DNA of 63,976 nucleotides, counting the filler, from an uncultured bacterium (GTDB taxonomy: Bacteria > CAZDME01 > JAYEMH01), in assembly GCA_964506785.1 (NCBI GenBank). It is 3 parts of 3 records of this genome, joined end to end, with 100 filler letters (N's around TTAATTAATTAA, not from the genome) between each part and the next. Parts side by side here need not be neighbours in the genome. Positions count along the whole stretch, not along the records: positions 1 to 26,295 come from CAZDME010000015.1; 2 more parts are not named here. One strand, 5' to 3'. Below the pieces are notes generated by a model that saw only the letters and a list, made by a program, of their open reading frames with translations, searched no databases and was not told where the DNA came from. The position numbers and the translations under genes were made by a program. Positions 8,753 through 17,880 of the stretch are shown here, piece by piece. Numbering within the stretch: position 1 is the first letter of the stretch; every line of letters starts with the position of its first letter.

Positions 8753-10561
8753 TTAAAACTTTAAACTCAACTTTCCCATAACAAACTGCTCGGGCATAGG
8801 GTAGCCTTGAACCGTTTCATAACTTTCATCAAAAACATTGCTGACGATAAGAGAAAGGTCAAACCAATCCTTAGGTTTATAACCCAGCCTCAAATCAGTA
8901 ACAAAATAGTCTTCATAGCGGGAAGTAAGTTTTAATCGGTAGACATATTGCGGGACCACCTGCAGGTAGAAATCCCGCCAGCGTAAATTTGTCGTCGCTG
9001 AAATAACATGCTGGGCATTACCGGTAATATCTCTGCTCTGGTCTAAAGCGGTATAACTTAAAGACATATCGAAGAAATCGGCCGGATGCCAGGAAGCCTG
9101 CGTTTCCACTCCTTTATTAATTACCGCCCCGGTATTCTGAAATTTATAAGTTGTCCCGTCGAACTGGATTAGGTTCTCGGCGTCAACATAGAAGGCAGTC
9201 AGGTCAAAGAAAAATTTTTCGCCCAGATGCTGTTCCCAGCCTAATTCATAACTCCAGGCCTCCTCGGCCTTTAAATCTTCATTAGAAGAACTAAATAAAG
9301 CAAGGTCCCTGACTGTTGGCGCCCGATAACCCCGGGAAATCTGCCCGTGCAAAAATGTTGATTCACCTACCTCCAAACGCACTCCCCCCCGGGGTATGGC
9401 GACTGCATCCAAAGCTTCTCCCCATTGTCCGCGGAGGCCGGCCTGTATGGTCAGCTTATCAAAAAGTTTAAACTCATCGTCAATATATCCTCCATAGAGC
9501 CACTGGTAATGCCTGCCGAAATCTACGCCGGTTATGGTATTTTTTCCCCTGCCGCCGCATTGCTCCACGTCCAGTCCGATTTCCAGGCGGTTATCGGGGA
9601 GAACTTCAAAAGACTGAAAACCAATTATTCCCAGCACTCTATCGGTTGAATCCCAGCCGTCAAAATTAGCGAAATCGTGGTCACCCCACTCACCAAAAAG
9701 AGTCAGCGCTCCCGCAGAGTCTTCAAAATCGTTAAATAAAGTTACTCCTCCGCCCCCCCGGGTAACCTTACGGGAATCAGTCAGGCTGGGGCTGGTTATC
9801 GTCCCGGGATCGTGCACCGTAAAATCAACCCCCCAGCCGTTCAGAGTGAGATTCCAATTTTCATCAATCTGGTAACCCGCCTTTCCGTAAAAATTCTCGC
9901 CATCAAACTGGCTGTTGGGACGATCGCCTTCGCTCTGGCGATGGATAACCGAACCAAAATAACTAAAATTGTCCACTCTTCCACCGTGGGAAAAGCTTCC
10001 CCGGTAGGTATCGTCTTGACCAAGACCGATATCGACGCGGGTATCAAATCCTTCCTTGGGTGCTTTTTTAGTTACAATATTAATTACCCCGCCCATAGCG
10101 TGATTCCCGTAGTGTAATGAATGGGGACCCCGTAAAACTTCGATTCTCTCCACTTCATCTAAAGGATAAGCATCAGGGATGGGGTGCCCAAAAAGTCCTG
10201 TTTTAGTCGGTTGGCCGTCAAGAAGAACTAGCACCTCGGCATTAGGTTCTCCGCCTAATCCCCGGATGGATATTTTACCGGCTGACCCGGTACCGATACC
10301 ATAATTTAAAAAACCCCTCTCGGTAACAAAAACCCCGGGTACCTGTCCGGAAATTAATTCAAGCACATCGTGGGCATATGAAGATTCAATTTGCTTTCGG
10401 TCGATTACTAAAAGAGAGGAAGTCCCCTCTCTTCCCACCACAGATGAGTCAGCAATATCATTGATAACTACCTCGCCCAACTCATATTTCTCGCCGGCGA
10501 AGGTTTTCCCTCCATAAATAATTATTAAAGAGATTATAAATGCGGCAACCTTTCTTTTCAT
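8753..10561 (-). CDS. TonB-dependent outer-membrane receptor (BtuB/CirA-like)
   Basis: Signal peptide, plug motifs ISIRG, VLVLLDG, ERIEVLRGP..YG..AMGGVINIVT; NVFDESY; C-terminal Phe. Confidence 0.95.
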   Translation of the reverse strand: MKRKVAAFIISLIIIYGGKTFAGEKYELGEVVINDIADSSVVGREGTSSLLVIDRKQIESSYAHDVLELISGQVPGVFVTERGFLNYGIGTGSAGKISIRGLGGEPNAEVLVLLDGQPTKTGLFGHPIPDAYPLDEVERIEVLRGPHSLHYGNHAMGGVINIVTKKAPKEGFDTRVDIGLGQDDTYRGSFSHGGRVDNFSYFGSVIHRQSEGDRPNSQFDGENFYGKAGYQIDENWNLTLNGWGVDFTVHDPGTITSPSLTDSRKVTRGGGGVTLFNDFEDSAGALTLFGEWGDHDFANFDGWDSTDRVLGIIGFQSFEVLPDNRLEIGLDVEQCGGRGKNTITGVDFGRHYQWLYGGYIDDEFKLFDKLTIQAGLRGQWGEALDAVAIPRGGVRLEVGESTFLHGQISRGYRAPTVRDLALFSSSNEDLKAEEAWSYELGWEQHLGEKFFFDLTAFYVDAENLIQFDGTTYKFQNTGAVINKGVETQASWHPADFFDMSLSYTALDQSRDITGNAQHVISATTNLRWRDFYLQVVPQYVYRLKLTSRYEDYFVTDLRLGYKPKDWFDLSLIVSNVFDESYETVQGYPMPEQFVMGKLSLKF

Positions 10562-10637
10562 GTTACTCTCCTTTCTGTTTCGTTTTTCTTAGGGATACGA
10601 TTCAGACCTGCCTCCCTCCGTAGGCAGAAAATACGGC

Positions 10638-11327
10638 TTAATAGCTCAGCTCAAACACCAGCGTCGTCTCAATAGTTTTACCAATAATGGCGCTATCTTT
10701 AGGCTTAGGGAAAGGTGAGGCTTTATCTAAAATCTTTCGGGCAGCCAGGTTTAAAGTCTTGTATTTTGAAAAACGGGTTAAATTAACATTTTTGGCTTTC
10801 CCAAATTTATCAATCTGAAATTCTAAGGTAACCTCTCCTTCCAGTCTGGCCATTTTTGCCCGGGGCGGATAAAATTTAGCTTTTTCAATTCGCCGCCTCA
10901 CTTCTTCTAAATAAGAATTATTGCCGCTCTGTGAAGTTACCTTCTCTTTGCCAGAACGTCCGCTTTTCTGCCCAAGACTCCGGCTTAACTTCCCTGCAGA
11001 CTTCTCTGCCGAAGTATCTGCTTTTTTTTCTTCTTTAATTTTCTCTTTTATCTTTTCCTTCGTAGATAAGAAATTCTTAAGCGGTTGAACCTCTTTCTTA
11101 TCCTTTTCTTTTTTAACTATCGGCCTTTTGGCTGAAGAAGCTTGTGGAATAACTTCGCTCCATCCGATTTCGAGAAGAATTACCTCTTCTCTATCCCTGC
11201 CTAAGTTCGAATTATTTATAGCATTACCCGCCCAGCCGCCAAATCCGCCGGCAATACCCAGATGAACAGCCAGAGAAACAAGCAAAAACTGAAAAAGAGG
11301 CGCGCTTCGCTTTCTATAACGATTCAT
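10638..11327 (-). CDS. tonB: Energy transducer TonB
   Basis: N-terminal TM with SLAVH, charged linker, C-terminal YPPRA..LEGEVTLEFQID domain. Confidence 0.9.
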   Translation of the reverse strand: MNRYRKRSAPLFQFLLVSLAVHLGIAGGFGGWAGNAINNSNLGRDREEVILLEIGWSEVIPQASSAKRPIVKKEKDKKEVQPLKNFLSTKEKIKEKIKEEKKADTSAEKSAGKLSRSLGQKSGRSGKEKVTSQSGNNSYLEEVRRRIEKAKFYPPRAKMARLEGEVTLEFQIDKFGKAKNVNLTRFSKYKTLNLAARKILDKASPFPKPKDSAIIGKTIETTLVFELSY

Positions 11328-11337
11328 TTCCTGTCCC

Positions 11338-12009
11338 TTACTCCATCCCGTAATTTCTTAAGAAGGCAGAATTTCCCAGAATCTCCCGGGTATTGCCGCG
11401 GGCAACTAATTTGGCTTTATCTAAAATTAAAACTGTTTCGGCGAGTTCCCTGATTAAATCTAAATCGTGGCTGGCAATAATCAAGGTATTCTTCAAATCT
11501 TTGAGAATTTCAATAATCTGCCGGCGCTGGCGAAAATCCAATCCTAAAGATGGTTCATCCAGCAAAACGATTTCTGGCTCGCCAATCAGGACACTGGCAA
11601 TACTTAATCTTTTTTTTTCGCCAAAACTCAATTCAAAGGGAGAGCGCTTTTCGAATCCGGAAAGGAGGACTTTTTCTAAAATCCTCTTTACTTCAAGTTT
11701 TACCTTTCCTTTATTCTCTTTTTTCCTGAGTAAAGAGAACCCGACATCATCCTCAACGGTGCTGCCAATAATCTGGTCATCTGGATTCTGGAAAACCAGG
11801 GCTATCTCTTTGCCTCTTGAATTAATGGAACCTTGCAAAAACTTTTTAGGGAAAAGTCCCGCTAAAGCAAAAAGCAGGGTGCTTTTCCCTGCCCCGTTTC
11901 CGCCGGCAATTCCCAGGGTTTTCCCTTCTTCTAAGCTGCAAGAGATATCCTCCAAGGCTTTAAGGCCGTTAGGATAGCTGAAAGATAAATTTTTTATTTC
12001 CAAAATCAC
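11338..12009 (-). CDS. ECF/Co-Ni transporter ATPase (CbiO/NikO-like)
   Basis: GGNGAGKS, VFQNPDDQI, LSFGEKKR, LLDEP, SHD. Confidence 0.93.
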   Translation of the reverse strand: MILEIKNLSFSYPNGLKALEDISCSLEEGKTLGIAGGNGAGKSTLLFALAGLFPKKFLQGSINSRGKEIALVFQNPDDQIIGSTVEDDVGFSLLRKKENKGKVKLEVKRILEKVLLSGFEKRSPFELSFGEKKRLSIASVLIGEPEIVLLDEPSLGLDFRQRRQIIEILKDLKNTLIIASHDLDLIRELAETVLILDKAKLVARGNTREILGNSAFLRNYGME

Positions 12010-12052
12010 CGGTTTCTCTTTCTATAAAGAAATCAAAAACCTAAAACAACAG

Positions 12053-12742
12053 CTAATTTTTTCGGGGTGAATAAAGGGTAAAAAATTCCCCTTTAAAGCC
12101 CCGGCTGTGAAGGGCCGATTCAAAAATCTCCCCTCTTTTTATCGTCCGGTAAAATATAGAATAAAGTAAATTCCTGATTTTTCCCCGCGCTTTGGTCTTA
12201 ACCAAACCGCGCGAGCGCAGGGCTAAGGGCAGCAGCCTGAATTCGTTTGTAAGAAGCTCCAAAGAACGGAGGACAAAAAACAGTTGAGAAATGATAAAAA
12301 CAGGGATCTTCATCTTTTTTAAGGCGTAAAGCAGTTCCGTCCGGTTAGTGGTAATAATAAAAACGTAACTTAAAGAAACAATAAGGGCGCCTTTAATAAA
12401 CATAAGGCCGAGGTGCTTGGTTCCTTTCAAATAGAACCCGGAGGGATAATTGCCGCCGGATTTTAAAGAATAGATTATGCCCAGTAAAACAGCCAGGACC
12501 AAAAAAAAACTTAAAAAAGGGAAAAGCATCAATCCATATATCTTTCTGTTCTGCCAGGCAGAGGCTAAAACAAAAAGAAGCAAAATGAAAAGAAGGGGGG
12601 GTAAAAGAAACCATAGCCTAAAGTTTATGGGGACGGCAAAAAGATAAATCAGTCCGCATAAAAAAATCGCCATTTTAAGAAGAGGGTGCCCTCTTTTTAA
12701 AATCGAATTATTCGCCTTTTTAAAAGTTATCAAAGGAAGCAT
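12053..12742 (-). CDS. ECF transmembrane T component (CbiQ/NikQ-like)
   Basis: HPLLK motif, TM helices, coupling motifs ALRSRG and ALHSRGF. Confidence 0.88.
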   Translation of the reverse strand: MLPLITFKKANNSILKRGHPLLKMAIFLCGLIYLFAVPINFRLWFLLPPLLFILLLFVLASAWQNRKIYGLMLFPFLSFFLVLAVLLGIIYSLKSGGNYPSGFYLKGTKHLGLMFIKGALIVSLSYVFIITTNRTELLYALKKMKIPVFIISQLFFVLRSLELLTNEFRLLPLALRSRGLVKTKARGKIRNLLYSIFYRTIKRGEIFESALHSRGFKGEFFTLYSPRKN

Positions 12743-12758
12743 CTGAATTTTTCAACCC

Positions 12759-13175
12759 CTATTTAATTTTCTCTCCGGTAGTCGCCATACTGAGCGAGCA
12801 GTGTTTAACCCCTTTAAGAGCTTCAAACATTGCGGCAATCTCTTTTATCCTCTGCGGTTTCCCTTTAGCCACTACTACCTCCAGACAATTATCGTGGTCC
12901 AGATGTATGTGCTGGGTGGTAAGAATTTCTTTGGTGTAATCGTGTTGGAGATGAGTTATTGTATGGTCCAGGCCCGGCCGGTGGTGGTCATAAATCATGG
13001 TGATGGTAGCGGCGACTATATCGCCAACCTGCCATTCCTGCTTCACCAAATCTTTACGGATTAAATCCCGAATCGCTTCGGAGCGGTTGCGGTATTTTCT
13101 CCCTTTGATAAGCCTGTCAAAATCCTCAAGCAGCTTTTTTTCTAAAGAAACCCCAAAACGCAAAATTTTAGACAT
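12759..13175 (-). CDS. nikR: Nickel-responsive ribbon-helix-helix regulator
   Basis: RFGVSL, NRSEAIRDLIR, YDHH, QH, HIHLDHDNCLEV Ni-site motif. Confidence 0.97.
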   Translation of the reverse strand: MSKILRFGVSLEKKLLEDFDRLIKGRKYRNRSEAIRDLIRKDLVKQEWQVGDIVAATITMIYDHHRPGLDHTITHLQHDYTKEILTTQHIHLDHDNCLEVVVAKGKPQRIKEIAAMFEALKGVKHCSLSMATTGEKIK

Positions 13176-13236
13176 CCTTTTTCTCCCTCTATAGTTTTAA
13201 ACTATGAGATGTGGGCCAAAAGCCATAAGCTACGCC

Positions 13237-13272
13237 GTAGCACTATTTTAGCAAAGATAACACCGCTGTCAA
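13237..13272 (-). promoter_or_regulatory. sigma70 promoter of nikR operon with overlapping putative NikR operator
   Basis: Minus strand TTGACA(13272-13267)-N16-TAAAAT(13250-13245) with extended TG; overlapped by GTGTTAT-N13-GTGCTAC (13263-13237). Confidence 0.75.
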
Positions 13273-13312
13273 GAAAAAAAATTCCGCACATCCCAGCTCC
13301 TTTTCAAAACCT

Positions 13313-14077
13313 TTAATTCTCCTTTATTATTTCTGAAACGGGAACAAATTCATAACCTCTCCCCTTTAAAACATCAATCACCCGGGGAAGACTTTTAATG
13401 CTTTCCGGACACTGCTCGTGATAAAGAATGATTGAACCGCCGGTAACCGTCCCCAGGATTGTCTCTTCAATTTGATTTTTTTCGATACCAAACCAGTCCT
13501 TAGAATCAACGGTCCAGAGAATTACCTTGAGGCCGAATCTGGGCATCACCACTAAATCTTCCAACATCATTGTTCCGTAGGGCGGGCGGAAAAGAGTGGG
13601 AGAGCTGCCGGTAATTTCTTTTAAAATCCTTTGTGTCCTTCTAAGTTCTTTAATCACCTTTACCGGGTTAGCCTTTCCCATATTCGGATGAGAATAGGAA
13701 TGATTGCCTATTTCATGCCCCCGCCTTTTAATTTCCAGAACCAGTTCTGGATAAGTCTCAGCGTTTTCTCCGATAAGAAAAAAAGTAGCGAGGATATTTT
13801 TCTCCTCCAACGCCTTAAGGATTAAAAGGGTATTTTCCTGATGGGGGCCGTCATCAAAAGTGAGGGCTACTTTTTGAGATGTGTACGGACCTGACCAGAA
13901 AACGGAAGTCTGTATACCCTTGGTTTTTTTGAGATTTCTAAACTGCCGCCGCTCCCTAAAATTATAGAAACTTTGTTGTTTTTTTTCTTCTGTTTCTCCT
14001 TCGCCCTCGCTTGAACCGACGGACGATACATTTACTATTACCCCCAAAGCAAATATCAAAAAAAATATTTTTTTCAC
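13313..14077 (-). CDS. Polysaccharide/peptidoglycan deacetylase (CE4, NodB)
   Basis: LTFDDGP, HSYSH, FRPPYG, DSKDW, ILYH; signal peptide. Confidence 0.93.
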   Translation of the reverse strand: MKKIFFLIFALGVIVNVSSVGSSEGEGETEEKKQQSFYNFRERRQFRNLKKTKGIQTSVFWSGPYTSQKVALTFDDGPHQENTLLILKALEEKNILATFFLIGENAETYPELVLEIKRRGHEIGNHSYSHPNMGKANPVKVIKELRRTQRILKEITGSSPTLFRPPYGTMMLEDLVVMPRFGLKVILWTVDSKDWFGIEKNQIEETILGTVTGGSIILYHEQCPESIKSLPRVIDVLKGRGYEFVPVSEIIKEN

Positions 14078-14197
14078 CCGTTTACCTTTTTTAAAAACCT
14101 TTCGGTTAAATAGACTGCTTCCCTTTTTTGAATAAACAAAGACGCCGATTTTATCATTCCCGGGGGAAGAAAGACAAAGAGATTTGATAGGATTAAT

Positions 14198-14788
14198 TCA
14201 GGCGGCCAGCTTAACCATCAAATCCAAATTTTTTATTATTTCCTCTGAAATCAATGTTTTATAAGAAAAGTTTTGTATTTTAATTTCAACAGCTGACTGA
14301 TTAAACAATATCATATTCACCCAGGGCCTGGTAATCCCCGGTTGATAATTCTGGAAAATAGCATCGACAACGTACTGCTTTTGTAAATCAAAATAACGCT
14401 TAATTAAAAGGACATTACCCCCTTTAACCTCGATAAAATATTTACTGTCAATTTCTTCGTTGCCGGTTTCTATCCTTTCATACCCAAAACCCAGCCAGCT
14501 TGGTTTCATCCCCCGAAAAATATGCATCTCGAAAGGCAGATTAATTAAAATCTCGAAACTAACATAGGGAAGAGAACACCTGCCTAATCTCGACATTCTG
14601 ATGTTAACGCTTTTGCCTTTATACAAACCGCTTACCGATATATCAGAGGAAGCCTTGAAATCTATGTTTTGTATCGGCAGTTTCGTTAACATCGCTTTTA
14701 ATCTAAGATAACTGAATTGGGTATAGCCGATAGCCGCCAGGATGACCGCCAGAAGAATAATATACAAAAACCACATGGGGATTCTCAC
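14198..14788 (-). CDS. Hypothetical membrane-anchored protein
   Basis: GTG start after GAGGAAGGA; single N-terminal TM. Confidence 0.65.
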   Translation of the reverse strand: MRIPMWFLYIILLAVILAAIGYTQFSYLRLKAMLTKLPIQNIDFKASSDISVSGLYKGKSVNIRMSRLGRCSLPYVSFEILINLPFEMHIFRGMKPSWLGFGYERIETGNEEIDSKYFIEVKGGNVLLIKRYFDLQKQYVVDAIFQNYQPGITRPWVNMILFNQSAVEIKIQNFSYKTLISEEIIKNLDLMVKLAA

Positions 14789-14833
14789 TCCTTCCTCTAT
14801 TTCAAAAGTGGAGTTATTTCCTGCACACCAGCC

Positions 14834-14890
14834 TTTTCACACTTACGAAGTGTGATAAGACGAAGTTTTCACACTTACGAAGTGTGATAA
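14834..14890. repeat. Two identical 25-bp palindromic direct repeats (REP-like)
   Basis: ttttcacacttacgaagtgtgataa at 14834-14858 and 14866-14890, 7-bp spacer; each folds TCACACTT-acg-AAGTGTGA. Confidence 0.85.
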
Positions 14891-14902
14891 AATGCACCGA
14901 TT

Positions 14903-16009
14903 TTAGGGGTTTGTTGAAATTTCAAATAAATCGTATCGCCCCTCAATCCGGGATAAGAACTTCAGGGTAAATGTTTGAAAAAATACGGCTATGGGAAGAA
15001 AGATACAATTCAAACAAAAACCGGCGGCTAAAAACAGAGGCAGGCCGATAATAATCAAGATGGCGATATAAGCCGGGTGCAAAAAAACCGGCATAATTCT
15101 ATACCCGAGAAAAATGAGCCCGGCGCTTAATCCCGCCGGTAATAGCAGACTGAAAGAAACCAGCATACCCACCAGTCCGGCTAAAATGAAAACAGCAATC
15201 ATTAAGCCGGCCTTTATTAAAAGATATAAAAAAACGCTTCTTTTATTTTCATTAAGAATCTTTAAAACCGGCCTCCAGGCTTTAAGTACGGTCATTTTAT
15301 CTTTATACATAACCGGCAAAATAAAATTATTGACCACAAAGGTTAAAAAAACAAATATAATTCCGATAATGCCGATAAAAACGATAAAAGGTAAAATGGC
15401 CAGTAAAATCTTCATCCCGCCAGCCTGTATGCCCTGGCTAAAAACACCTATCCGGGATAAAGATAGATACATAAATAACCCAAGTGCCCCGGCAAGGGTT
15501 AAACTAATTATGCCGATGGTAATATTCCAGAGGAAATAAGAATTTCCTAAACGGCGGTTTTCCCGGAACGGCTTTTTTATCGAGGCCTCATTCTTGACGA
15601 CGGCTTCAATAAAGATAAAAGAAAACCTGGAAAAAATCCAGGTAAAGAGAAAAAAGAAAAGAATAAAAACGAAAATCAGGCCGGCAATAATAGAGGCAAG
15701 AAATCTTTTGTCTATCTTTTGGAAGCTGGCACGGGATTTCTGAAAGGGGGAAGACTCTTCGGCCCGAGATGAAATCTTTTCTTCCTGCCGGCTTCTTTTT
15801 CCCTGGCTGGTCTCCTCTACCTTTGTTTCTCGGGAATCGCCCCTCGGCAGATTGACATTTCCCCGGGAATTATAACCATAACTAAGCTGCCCGGCCAGCA
15901 AGGCAATAAAGCCCAGAATGAGCCATTTCTTTATTTGAAATGGACGAAAGAGAACCGTTCTCGTCCACTCCCAGGAAGCAGCAATTATTTCCGAAAAGTT
16001 TCCTCGCAA
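14903..16009 (-). CDS. Polytopic membrane protein of unknown function
   Basis: 368 aa, about 7 TM, hydrophilic loop after TM1. Confidence 0.75.
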   Translation of the reverse strand: MRGNFSEIIAASWEWTRTVLFRPFQIKKWLILGFIALLAGQLSYGYNSRGNVNLPRGDSRETKVEETSQGKRSRQEEKISSRAEESSPFQKSRASFQKIDKRFLASIIAGLIFVFILFFFLFTWIFSRFSFIFIEAVVKNEASIKKPFRENRRLGNSYFLWNITIGIISLTLAGALGLFMYLSLSRIGVFSQGIQAGGMKILLAILPFIVFIGIIGIIFVFLTFVVNNFILPVMYKDKMTVLKAWRPVLKILNENKRSVFLYLLIKAGLMIAVFILAGLVGMLVSFSLLLPAGLSAGLIFLGYRIMPVFLHPAYIAILIIIGLPLFLAAGFCLNCIFLPIAVFFQTFTLKFLSRIEGRYDLFEISTNP

Positions 16010-16090
16010 AGCATCCCTTTTAAAAAGAGGCTAAACCTTTTTTTCTGTTAACTGTAAACTGTTCACTTTAAGAAATTAGCCCCTTCCCTT

Positions 16091-17005
16091 TTATTTAGCG
16101 TAAATATCCACTATCTCCTTAAGCAGGGTAAGAGCTTCCTTCTTTGGCCGCTGAAAGGAGTTTCGCCCGATAATCGAACCAAAGCCGCCGCCAGCCTTAA
16201 TCCCCTTAATCTCATCCAGAATGGCCGCCTTATCTTTAGCCGGCCCGCCAGAAAAAATCACTATCCGCCGGCCATTAAAAGCGCTCTGGATGACATGTTT
16301 TACCCTTTCGGCCAAGGTTTTAATGGGTATTTTTTCCTTTTCATAGACTTTTCTCGCTGCTTCTAACTCAATATGTTCGCTTGGCGGTTTGACCTTAACA
16401 ATATGGGCTCCGAGCTGAACGCCAATTTGGGCCGCATAAGCGCAGATATCCACCGCTGTTTCGCCTTCTTTAGATAGATTGCTACCGCGGGGATAAGACC
16501 AGATAACCACCACTAATCCCTTGGCTTTGGCTTCTTCCGCCAGGGCCCTAATTTCCTCATACATCTCTTTATTGTGCGCCGAGCCCGGGTAAATGGTAAA
16601 GCCAATGGCGGCACAGCCCAGACGCAGGGCATCATTGACCGAAGCGGTTACGGCCGGGATAGGATCCTTATCGGAATGAAGCAGTTCATGATTATTAAGC
16701 TTAAGAATCAAAGGAATCTCTCCGGGGAAATCAGCTGCTGCCGCTTCAATAAAACCAAGCGGAGCGGCATAACCATTACAGCCGGCTTCCAGGGCCAGCT
16801 CAAAATGATAACGCGGGTCATAACCCGGCGGATTAGGAGCAAAACTCCTGGCTGGCCCATGTTCGAAGCCCTGGTCAACGGGGAGAATAACCATCTTACC
16901 GGTACCTCCCAATCTTCCATGATTAAGCATCCGGGCTAAATTACCCAGCGTTCCGGGATTATCTGAGCCATACCAACTTAAAATTTCTTTCACTCGTGGG
17001 GTCAT
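16091..17005 (-). CDS. fbaB: Class I fructose-bisphosphate aldolase (FbaB/DhnA family)
   Basis: ILPVDQGFEHGP, WSYPRG, AHIVKVK (Schiff-base Lys), FSGG, IIGRNSFQRP. Confidence 0.95.
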   Translation of the reverse strand: MTPRVKEILSWYGSDNPGTLGNLARMLNHGRLGGTGKMVILPVDQGFEHGPARSFAPNPPGYDPRYHFELALEAGCNGYAAPLGFIEAAAADFPGEIPLILKLNNHELLHSDKDPIPAVTASVNDALRLGCAAIGFTIYPGSAHNKEMYEEIRALAEEAKAKGLVVVIWSYPRGSNLSKEGETAVDICAYAAQIGVQLGAHIVKVKPPSEHIELEAARKVYEKEKIPIKTLAERVKHVIQSAFNGRRIVIFSGGPAKDKAAILDEIKGIKAGGGFGSIIGRNSFQRPKKEALTLLKEIVDIYAK

Positions 17006-17138
17006 CTTATCCTCCTTTTTGTAATTCCTTTAGATGTTTTTTATTTAAATTACCTTTATATATAAGGCACCTTACAATAATAGTATACGATAAGGCAAGG
17101 ATTTTCAAGAACTTTTAATAATTTAACAATCCCTATCG

Positions 17139-17876
17139 CTATTTATATCCCGTAAAATTCTCCGTTTTAATCTTCTCGTCAGTTAATTTAAGCTCACTGG
17201 TGAGAATTTCCTTCATTGCCTCAACCATAGCCGGCGGACCGGAGATATAAAAGAGGCGCTGGCGATAATCGGGAATCTCCTCTTCAATCATTTTCTTATC
17301 AATGCGGCCGGTTCTTCCCGCCCAGCTTCGGGATTCATCCGGCAAAGTGATGGTTTCGACTACCTTTAATTTCTTATTAGCCGCCTGTATCTCGTTAAAA
17401 TCATCCTTGAAAACTATATCCTTCGGGGTATTGCTGCTGTAAAGCAGGATGATATCAACCGCCATCCGCCGGTCAGTGGCAAATTTACAGATGCTTCTTA
17501 CCGGGGTTATGCCGATTCCACCGGCAAGAAAGGCAAACTTAGGATATTCATCTTGACTTTCCCTCCCGGATAGAGATAACGGGGTAAACTGGCCGTAGGC
17601 CAGACGAAGCCTTGCCCAATCCCCAGTTTTTAATTTCTCCAGGGCATTGGAGAATTCGCTCCCGGTAAGCCTCTTGGTAAATTCTATGTAGCCGGCCTCA
17701 GTCGGGGAGTTGGAAAAAGAAAAATGTTTGGTTGCTTCTTCGCCGTCTATCTTTATAGTAACAAAGAAAAACTGGCCGGGTAGAAAATTAATTTCTCCCT
17801 TAAGGGCAAAACGAAAGCTTTTGACGTTTTCGGTGCGTTTAATTACCGCTTTTACTTCTGTCTCAAATTCCGCCAT
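17139..17876 (-). CDS. FNR-like FAD/NAD(P)-binding oxidoreductase
   Basis: Likely start MAEFE (17876); FLPGQF, FSFSNSP, AGGIGITP, YISGPP, ENF. Confidence 0.9.
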   Translation of the reverse strand: MAEFETEVKAVIKRTENVKSFRFALKGEINFLPGQFFFVTIKIDGEEATKHFSFSNSPTEAGYIEFTKRLTGSEFSNALEKLKTGDWARLRLAYGQFTPLSLSGRESQDEYPKFAFLAGGIGITPVRSICKFATDRRMAVDIILLYSSNTPKDIVFKDDFNEIQAANKKLKVVETITLPDESRSWAGRTGRIDKKMIEEEIPDYRQRLFYISGPPAMVEAMKEILTSELKLTDEKIKTENFTGYK

Positions 17877-17880
17877 ATCC

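Noticed and set aside
10565-10637. Cobalamin riboswitch before the TonB receptor
   Set aside because: Only ~75 nt with one small hairpin; no B12-box or GGGAA motifs.
14834-14890. Possible mini CRISPR array
   Set aside because: Only two repeats with a 7-bp spacer and no cas genes in the window.
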